The notes below the pieces were generated by a model that did no database searches, was not told the DNA's origin, and saw only the letters and a list, made by a program, of their open reading frames with translations. A stretch of 64,000 nt of DNA from Cenococcum geophilum. Lineage: Eukaryota. The translations under genes and the position numbers were made by a program. Positions 38,401 through 48,242 of this stretch are shown piece by piece. Each line of letters begins with the position of its first letter. The stretch's first letter is position 1. The stretch lies in contig CP158636.1 of NCBI GenBank assembly GCA_050273025.1, positions 12,400,001-12,464,000 of the forward strand. The letters run 5' to 3'.

Positions 38401-41400
38401 TTCTTATTATATATAACTCTATAATTAATTTAGTCGGGTATTAACTAAGAGGCCTTTTACGCCTAGAATGCCTACTAGGTGTTATAGGACACCCCTATAA
38501 TACCTTACACACGTCCACCTGTTTCCACTAACTTAGCAATTAGAGATTAACCGCGAAATGGCAATCTAACGGTAATCTACGGCATTCTGCCATATTCTGC
38601 CAAGTTCTACTAAATTCTGCTAAGTTCTGCCAGGACTACAACCTGAACCCTATTTTACCTATGCACGTATTAACTAAGCAACTAAGTTAACAATATATGC
38701 CCTTTCTTCCCGTTTTCCTACCTTCTTTCCTTACGCAACGTCTTAACTTTATTACGCAGTTTATATATATAGCTTAATAATACCTACTTCGCTATATATT
38801 ATTACCGCTTGTATTTACTCCGTGACGCTACGTTGCGTTAAAAACTTATACTACTCTCTAAAAATGCAAAATGACCCTAAAGCCCCTATAATAGCTGATG
38901 CTATTATAGCTGCACTTTGAGAATAATTAGTAGGTATATAGAAGTCCTTTATAGACGCCCTTGTATAGTACTAAGCCACTTTAACTTAATAGTAAGCCGA
39001 ATAAGAAGCACGATAATAACAATTAATTAAAGCACTTTAAGAAGAAGTCCGTATTCTTAAGATGCCTATATTAAGGCCCTAAGACTAAACGCTATCTCTA
39101 GAGATAAACACGCGGAACGTAAGCCCCGAATTAGTAGTAGTTACTTACCCTATAAAACCGACTACTGCACTAAAACAATCCGAGAAACTACTAGACCCCC
39201 TAGTATTTACCGGTAAATAATAAGAGCTTCGGTTATTTTTAAGCCAGTTTAAAAATAAGCTAACTAGTAATACTAACCGCTACCTAACTAAAGCTAACCA
39301 ACTCTATTACGCCCTAAGTTAACTAGGAGGAGACGTAGCTAACCTTATTAAACCTCTTTAACCAAACTTAGTATAAAGCCTAGTTATACTTCTTAAAGCT
39401 ATATACGGTAACCTAAACTGCTAAGCTACCGCTTAAAAAAAGATAAACTAAATAACTTAAGAAAAGAAAGGTTTCCTAGTATACTTCTCCAAATTTAACC
39501 ACTACGTAAAGGAAACAGGCTAGAATAACTCCGCGCTAATTAATAGCCTTATTAAATCCTTAAGCCCTAAACTAAAAACCTCCCTAATAGGCGTAGACCT
39601 CCCAGAAACTCTTAACGCCTACGTAAATATTATTAATAAACGGTATAACGATATACTACGCCTTATACTAAAGCCCGTTTATTAATATAATATAATAACC
39701 CTATAAACATCTACTAAGTCATTGTCTTAACCTAAGCACCCCGACGCTATGGATATTAACACTAGGACCCTAGGATACGCCCTATTAGGGTCCTCTAAAT
39801 AAGAATAATATATTAAGCTAGGCCTCTACTTTAAATATAGAAGTAGCTCCCACCTTTTAAACTACTACTTTATTTTTATGCCCTAAAACGATTTACGAAC
39901 GGCTAGTACTAGCAGCCGTTTACTATATCGATCTTCCAGTTACCGTCCCCAATCTTTATCTAGTTCCACCCCTATATCTAGTAAGCACTATTTATAAGAA
40001 TAAAGCTACAGCCAACGTCCTATAAGAACCTTACCCTAATTGCCTCTAAAAGGAAGGTCCTAGAGCTAAGTTACTCTCCGGGACGGCTTTACTATAGAAT
40101 CTCGTTAAACGCATTTAACGTCACGAACTCTAACTCTTGGGACCATAGCATAACCATTAACTGCCGTCTTCGGTAGAATAGTTAATAGGCTAACGCTTGA
40201 ATCCTAATTAATATAGGAGCTAGCGGTATAGGATTTATTAATAAGATCTTTGCGTAAGATAATAATTTTACCCTAACCCCCCTTAACCGGTATATTAACG
40301 TATTTGGATTTAATAGCAAACGCACCGTCTTAGGCTGTATTACCTACGTAGTATTTCTAAGACTTCGATACCTAAACCACGAAGAATTAATTAAACTTTT
40401 TATTACCACCCTTAGTTACTTAGTAATCCTAGGATAACCCTGGATAAAGCTATATAAGGTAACTATTAATTAGGACAACTTTAAGCTTTTATTTACTGCC
40501 TTTTGTTATAAGTAGAAGTGCCTTATAACTTGCTGCTTAGACTTAGAACTAAAATCTAAAAAATCTACCAGGATCTACTAGTCTAAAATTTCTATGACTG
40601 TCTACCCTGTACCTGAGGAATCCACTAGATTCTACCAACCTAGGAATTTTACTAAATTCCACTAACGACCCGAAAACTCCACTAAATTCTATAAGTTATT
40701 ACTAAGTACTGCACCGCCCCAAGCTAAGTAAAAGCTTAAGCTCCATATATGGAAATACTAGAAGGACTAGTATTCCACTATAAAAAGGATTCTTAAAGAA
40801 CCTAAACCCGAATCTAATACTGACTTTATACCTAATACTGAACCTAAACCTAAATAAGAAACTATGGACAACCTAAGCGAGCTCGGTACCCTAGATATCC
40901 GCATAATTAGAGCTACCCCGCTAGCGCAACTTGCTAAGAAACCCGAGTATATAATCTTCGCTGTTATAATAGCCGATATTAAGAAGGCCTTAGCACTAAA
41001 GAAGCACACTAACCCTACCATAAAAGTACTAATAGAGTATTATTATCGCCTAGATGCATTTTTATAAAAGGAAGCCGATAAGCTACTAGAATACCAACTA
41101 TATGACTATAAGATTATACTCGAAGAAGGAAAGCAGCCCGGATTTGGACCCTTATATAGGATGTCCTAAAATAAACTTTAAGTGCTATAAAAGTATTTAG
41201 ACGAGAACCTAAGTAAAGGATTTATTAGAGCAAGCTTGTCGCCTATAGCTATACTAGTGATCTTTATTAAGAAACCTAGCGGCGGTCTACGCTTCTATAT
41301 AGACTACTAAGCTTTTAACGCCGTTACTGTTAAGAACTAATATCCGATCCCGTTAATATAAGAGACGCTAAACTAACTAAGTAAGGCTCGTTACTACACG

Positions 41401-42729
41401 AAGCTCGATATTATTTCTATATTTAACCGTCTCTGCATTATAAAAGGGGATAAATAGCTTACTGTATTTTGTACCCGATATAGACTATTTAAGTACTTAG
41501 TAATACCCTTTAGCCTTATAAACGCTCCGAGCTTGTTTTAACATTATATAAATAACACCCTACGCCCCTACCTAGATATCTTCTATACTGCTTATATTAA
41601 CAATATCCTAATATATAGTAATAACCTAACCGAACATTAGAAATACGTTAACCTTATTTTATAAGCCCTATACGGAGCTAGTCTATAATTGGATATAGAT
41701 AAATATAAGTTCTATAAAACGGAAGTTCTATACCTTAGACTCCTTATTTTTATAAATAGTATACAAATGGACCTAAAGAAAGTTAAAGTAATTATAAACT
41801 GGCAAGAACCTAAGAACGTTAAGGATGTAAGAGCCTTTATAGGATTTACTAATTTCTACTAACGGTTTATTAATAACTTCTTCGCCCTGGTTTTACCCCT
41901 TATAGCTCTAACCTAAAAGGATAAAGTTTTTATCTTTAATAAGGAATATAAGAAGGCCTTTGCCTATCTAAAAGTTATATTTACTACTGCGCCCGTACTC
42001 TAATACTTTAACCTAAACCGAATAAGTGTTATAGAAGTTAACTTATCTAACTACGTTACCGGAGGCATCCTATCTTAGTATAATAAGGATAGAGTATTAC
42101 ACCCTATAGTATACTTCTTAAAACAACTAAGTCTAGCTAAATATAACTACGAGATCTACGATAAGGAATTATTAGCTATTATTAGGTGTTTTAAACAATA
42201 GCGACCTAAACTAGAAGGCGCTAGATTTTTAATTAAGGTCCTTAGCGACTATAAGAACCTATAGTACTTTACAACCATAAAATAGCTAAGTCATTATTAG
42301 GCCCGCTAGTTAGAATATCTGTTTTATTTCCGATTCTTAATTATATACCGCCTAGGCGTTTAAGGTTAGAAGCCTAATGCCCTAACCTAACGCTCGCAAG
42401 ACATGCCAGCCCTAGAAGAAGCGCGCTCTTACCAAAATTAGACCCTACTTCGCCCTAAACTATTTAACCCTCCTATTAAAGATCTTATAGTACACGTCCT
42501 TGAAATAACTAATTAATTAATTAAATAGATTATAGTTAATAAATACCTAAATAACAAGTTTATCTAAGAGACGCTTAAGCTAATACAAGATGGCATTAGA
42601 CGCTCTAAAAAGATTTCTCTAAGTAAATACAAAGCCTGTAGAAATTGCTTGTATTACTAGAACCGTCTAGTTATCCCTAATTACAATAAGCCTAAGCTTA
42701 AACTCCTTAAACACGTATATAATCTACCT

Positions 42730-42814
42730 GGCCGTTGAAATCGGACTCTGCACCTGTACGTGGTGACGGCTACGAACCTAGTCTTCGAAGTTTAGATCTA
42801 GAGCCAATGCAGAG
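42730..42814 (+). ncRNA. HDV-like self-cleaving ribozyme (predicted)
   Basis: P1 GGCCGTT(42730-36)/GACGGCT(42765-71) with G1.U wobble. P2 CTCTGC(42746-51)/GCAGAG(42809-14). P3 ACC/GGT around 7-nt L3 TGTACGT. P1.1 GT/AC. P4 hairpin. J4/2 C-C-A-A-T with putative catalytic C42804. Confidence 0.85.
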
Positions 42815-43749
42815 ACGTCGCACAGCGTGCGGACAGGACCTGTGGTGGTTGTAGGCGTTAAGGGCGGTGGTGAAAAATTTTCAGATGGTGAGATCTTAAA
42901 AACCACTACTGTTGGCTCTCTACAGTACGACGACTACTACATTCTCCTATCCAGGGCACCTGTACGATCCAACATGGATGCACAGTATTCGATATTACCC
43001 CCCGTCCCCCAGTAGAAAGCATTAACGACCTTATATTAACGAATAAGTAAACGCGAATAAACGAACGAACGAGCAAATATACGGCCCCTCCTAACCCCTA
43101 GGGCGATCGCCCGCGGAGCATGCGGTCACTCGCCGTACTACTATAAAACTACTAAAAGCGGCAGCTGGATAACCCCGTACGGTTTTCCTTATCTCCTCTT
43201 AACGGAGTAGTGCCCTTAGAGAGGGCCTAGTGACTAGGGCTTAGGCACAAAAGATACCCAGATATATACACACACATCCCGCTTTTATCTTTTAGTTTTA
43301 GGATAGTAGAACGGATAAATCCCCCTTACGCCTTCAATAGGCCTTAGGGGGGGGGAGGTATGGCGTATATAGTAATGGTTAACAAGAGACAGTATATAGG
43401 GGTGGTTAAGATATGGGGCATAACTATAAGCACACAGCAATTGATCGGCAAGGCCTAGCTAGGACGTAGTGAACCCTAGCTTTAGATAAGCTAGAGAAGG
43501 AAGCAGTGGTTCTTAAGGAGTTTAAAACATCCAAGGAGGAGGACCAGCTATAGGCCCGCAGGGCCGCTGCTTGTGCAGGCATGGCAATTCGGGGTTTTTT
43601 ATCCTACTAAGGTGGCTTATAGGGTTTTTCCTCCCCCCCAATAGCAAGGGGTTTTTCCTATTAATATTACTTTCCCCTTGTGTACAGAGTAGTCTGCGTG
43701 GGCCTAGATAGGATCCGTATTAGACGTTAATTAAAGAATCTACTACTAC
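42730..43749 (+). mobile_element. ~1-kb ribozyme-headed non-coding retroposon (SINE-like), copy A
   Basis: 14-bp TSD TATATAATCTACCT at 42716-42729 and 43750-43763. (TAC)n tail. Interrupts the Gypsy integrase H..GH motif. Colinear with 47233-48242. Confidence 0.9.
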
Positions 43750-46700
43750 TATATAATCTACCTGTCACCGGCCACTCGGGCTAAAGAAAGACCCTAGAAC
43801 TACTCTAATGGGAGTATTATTAGCTAAATATGTATAATATAATATAAAGGTATATCTCTAGCTGCCACACCTACTAATAAGCTAAAGCCTCGCATAAGAC
43901 GTATAACGGTCTTTTAAAGCCGCTACCCGTTCCGGACCGAAGATGGAAGAATATCTTAATCGACTTTATTATTAACCTTCCTAAAAGTAAAAGCTGCACG
44001 AACATTATAGTAGTTATAGACTAACTATCTAAAATAAGACACTTAATCGCCTGCCCTAATATATTAACGCTTACTATCGCCTAACTATTCCTAGATTACG
44101 TATGGAAACTCTACAGACTCCCCAAAACGATTATCTCCGATAGAGGCAGCCAGTTTATCTTAGTATTCTGGAAGGAACTAACTACTTAACTCCGCATTAA
44201 AGCACTATTGTCTACCGCGTATTACCTAGAAATGGATGGCTAAATAAAACGCGTAAATACTATAATAGAATAGTATATTTGGATATATACGTTATATTTA
44301 TAGGATAACTGGATTAACTAGCTTGTATTCGCCGAGTTTACTACAAATAATTCCGTCTTGGAAATTACGAAAGTCTCCCCATTCCTAGCCAATTACGGCT
44401 AACACCCGCGAATAGGTTTTAAACCCTTTAGTAATATCTTTTACCCTACTTATTACGCCTTATAAGTCGTAGAAGCAAATAAATTTATAAAGAAGATAAA
44501 GGAACTATAACAGTTCCTTACTAATGAGATAATATGGGCTTAATCTGTCTATAAAGCCGCAGCGAATAAGAAACGAACCCTAGCATTAGCCTACTAAATT
44601 GGTAATTTTATCTAGCTAGATATAAGAAATCTGAACATGAAACGACCTACTAAGAAACTTAATTAGAAGAACACTGGCCCTTATAAGGTTGAAAAGGTTA
44701 TCTCTCCTTATGCCTACTAACTAAAGCTCCCTAATACGGTTAAAATCCACCCCATATTCTATATGTCAGTCCTTCGCCCTACTGCCCCCGTATTAGACGC
44801 CCTGCCTAGATAAATATAAGACCCTCCCCTACTAGTTAAAGTAGATAGTAAGAATAAGTACTTTATTGAAAGAATTAACGATATTAAGTATAATAAACGG
44901 AAACGCTAATATATATATCTTATAAAATGGAGAGGCTTTACTAAGTCCTTATGGGAACCTATTAACTCTATAGGACTTACACAAGCCGTAAAAGACTTTC
45001 ACGAACTCTACCCAGAACTACCACAGCCCCATTTTGCAGAAGCTCAAGTTTAAAGGGGGGGTACTATTACGGGACACCCCTGTGACACCTTATACACGTC
45101 TACCTGTTTCTACTAACTCATTAATTAAAGACTAACCGCGAAATGGCAATCTAATCGCAATCTACGGCATTCTGCTATATTCTGCCAAGTTCCACCAAAT
45201 TCTGCCAAGTTCTGCTAGGACCACGACCTAAACCTTATTCTGCCTATATATGTGTTAACTAAGCAACTAAGTTAACGATATATGCCCTTTCTTCCCGTTT
45301 TCCTACCTTCTTTCCTTACACAACGTCTTGACTTTATCACGCAGTTCATGTATATAGCTTAATAATACCTACTTCGCTATATATTATCACCGCTTGTGCT
45401 TACTCCGTAACACTGGGTTTCCTTTACCTTCTCTATATATTTCTTTAACTACGCTTTAGAGGCTTACGGTAAGGACCACACGCTAGATACCGCCTTTACT
45501 ATAGTATTCTTAATCGCCTAGTATATAGCCTCCGTTAACGCGTCTAGTTTGTCTCTTATATTGTATAGGAAACTATATAGAGGCTAAAGCGGGCCCTTTA
45601 GCTTGCTCTATACCACCTTCTAATTGGCCTTTTTTTATAGTGGTCTCCTAGGTAGCGAAGGCCCCTCTAGTGCCTCTATATCTACTTCCGTAGTAATAAG
45701 AAAGTGGTTAAACCCTAAATGCTAGTAGTCCTATCTTTAACTCTATAGCAGCCTATTAGTAATCTAAGGGGAGGTAAATACTGTTACGGACCTTATATCG
45801 GCAGTAGTAGAACTACTAAAAAGGGACATAAACGGACTAGTGGTAAAAGCTTAGAAGGAGCTGGAACCAGTTAAACCATAGGATGAGGTGTAGCTGAGTT
45901 TTATAACATATCACGTTACCAGTTTAGTACGTAGGAACGTGGGAACGTGGGAACGTAGGCGATGTACTAACGTACTAACGTACCAATGTACTCAGTTATT
46001 ACTATAGGAAGGAGTTATATATTTAAAGGACCACGGTCCCTACCTAGATAGTTCCTTTTTTTGTAGTAAATCTTAGAATATAATTAGAGTTAATTTATTA
46101 GGTAACCACTCTACTAGTTATTGTTACCTATATACCTAGCCTATTAATAAGTCTACCATAGTTCCTACTATAAGGCTTTGTTATATATTTACTACCTAGT
46201 TACGGTATTAATATAAGAGAGTTAAACAATATGCTACTAAAAGTAGCAGTTATAACGCTATTAATAGTAGCAACCACCTTAAGAACAAGTGGAGATATAA
46301 GTATATAAGACACTAATTCGCAACTAGTTACGGTTAGATAGTTATAGGAAATGGTTAATTAATTAAACGATAACAATAAAATACTTAAAGAAAGACTTAA
46401 TACGGTTGGAGCAGTAAAGATTAAGTTACTATTAATTAAGAGATTCTTAGGTAAGAAGTTAAAGCTTAAAGGATTCCTAATATAGATGTATTTTAAGATT
46501 ATATAGGAAGCAGTAAGGCTATTAACATTTATGGACTAAGTAGCGTATATAGGACTATTCCTAACGGGATAAGCACTAGAGTGGTTTAAGCTATATCTTA
46601 CAGAGATATAAGCTAATAGCATGGCTATTACTAACTAGGAAGTGCGGTTTATATTCTTTAGTTAGGGAGGATTCGCGGAATAACTAATATAAATGTTTGG

Positions 46701-47232
46701 AGATCTAAAGGTAATAACTATAGTAAAAAGGAAGTTACAGAACTTGCTATAAAGGACTTTAGTAATTAAGTATATAATATAGTTTTAAATACTTATAATA
46801 TAGGTTAAATGGAATAATAAGGCGCTTATAGTATAATATAAGTAAGGGCTTAAGGCAAAAGTATAGAACGCGATTATCCTAATGGAAGATGCGGATACTT
46901 TATAAAAATTAATAGATTAAGTAATAAAGATTAATAATAGGAACTAGCTAAGAAAGGGTAAGATAGAGTTCTATAGTTGTATAAGGCGTAAAGTACGCAA
47001 CAACTAATATAGAGTTAAAAATTATAGAATGGCGGATTAGAGCTAATGGACCTAAGTAGTACTAAAGAATCTAAAAGATAGAAATAACTATAGAAACCTA
47101 GAGGTTAAGGATTAAGTAATTATAGGATTACGGAGTAAAGGCTAAACTAAGGATCCTAGTAGCGGAAGACGTTTAAGCGGACTCTATAGCAGAACGAATG
47201 GTTTAAAAATAGAGCTTATATAAATTATAGAA

Positions 47233-47318
47233 GGCCGTCGAAAACGGACTCTGCACCTATACGTGGTGACGGCTACGAACCTGGGTCTTCGAAGTTCAGA
47301 CTCAGAGCCAACGCAGAG
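47233..47318 (+). ncRNA. HDV-like self-cleaving ribozyme (predicted)
   Basis: P1 GGCCGTC/GACGGCT. P2 CTCTGC/GCAGAG. P3 ACC/GGT. L3 TATACGT (one G>A vs copy A). P4 CTGGGTCT/AGACTCAG. J4/2 C-C-A-A-C with putative catalytic C47308. Confidence 0.85.
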
Positions 47319-48242
47319 ACGTCGTACAGCGTGCGATAGGACCTGGTGGTCGTGGTTGTGAGCGTTGTAGGCGGTAGTAAAAATTTTTTCAGATGGTGAG
47401 ATCTCGAAAACCACTACTGTGGCCCTCTACAATTCAGCTACGCTATTCTCCTATTAAGGCACCTATACGATCCAACGTGGATAAACGGCATTCGATAGCA
47501 TCCCCCGACCCCTAATAGAAAGCATTGACGACCTCTTACATCGACGAACGAGCGATCGTGAGCGAACGAGCAACGAGCAAATATACGGCCCCTCCTAACC
47601 CCCAGGGCGATCGCCCGCGGAGCATGCGGTCACTTACCGTTTTTTCTACCAAATACTACCTAGCAGCCTGGATTGCGACCTATGGTTTTCCCTATCTTCT
47701 TTTGACGGAGTGGTGACCCTTAGAAAGGGCCTAGCTGGGGCCTAGGCACAAAAGATACCCAAATACACAATATCCCGCTCGCTTATTAGTATTACGGTAG
47801 TTAGAACGGATAAATCCCCCTTACGCCTTCGATAGGCCCTAGGGGGGGGGAGGCATGGCGTATATGGCAATGGTTAAATAAGAGATAGCATATAGGGGAT
47901 GGCCAAGATATGGGAGACAATAGCAAGACACAGCAATTAAGTGGCAAGGCCTAGCTGGGACGTAGTAAACCCTAGCCTGGATAAGCTAGAGAAGGAAGCA
48001 GTGGTTCCTAAGGAGTTCGAACATCCAAGGAGGATAGGACATAGCTGTAGGCCCGCAGGGCCGCTGCTATGTGCGGACATGGCAAACGGGGTTTTTCATC
48101 CTACTGAGGTGGCTCATAGGGTTTTTCCTCCCCCCCAGTAGCAAGGGTTTTTTCCCGTCAATATTACTTTTCCCTTGTGTACGGAGTAGTCTGCGTGGGG
48201 CTAGATAGCATTCGTATTAGACGTTAATCAAAGAAGAATTAT
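47233..48242 (+). mobile_element. ~1-kb ribozyme-headed non-coding retroposon (SINE-like), copy B
   Basis: 14-bp TSD TATAAATTATAGAA at 47219-47232 and 48243-48256. Short GAATTAT tail. Inserted in the gag zinc knuckle. Same 5' nucleotide as copy A. Confidence 0.9.

Larger units (their letters stand above)
38480..45412 (+). mobile_element. Full-length Ty3/Gypsy chromovirus, copy 2 (same family as 29236-35123, opposite orientation)
   Basis: LTRs 38480-38827 and 45065-45412. TSD CTAGG/CTGGG at 38475-38479 and 45413-45417. PPT AAAGGGGGGG. De-RIPed motifs: gag knuckle LCFKCG..SH (~39825), protease LIDTGA (~40205), RT AYIDDIL (~41590), chromodomain at ~44850-44990. Confidence 0.95.

Noticed and set aside
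32628..41021. Hydrophobic ORFs 32628-32870 and 40767-41021
   Set aside because: Antisense shadows of the Gypsy pol frame.
43090..43100. CCTAACCC in the retroposon as a telomerase RNA template
   Set aside because: Only about one repeat, the element is multicopy with TSDs, and no other telomerase RNA feature was recognised.
45960..45995. Tandem TACTAAC branch-point boxes in the LTR
   Set aside because: Probably RIP products of (TACCAACG)n; one unit still reads TACCAA.
47184..48141. Short ORFs inside retroposon B (also 42827-43015 in A and 61319-61696 in C)
   Set aside because: Not conserved between copies; for example the 47941 ORF is frameshifted in copy A. They reflect higher GC content.
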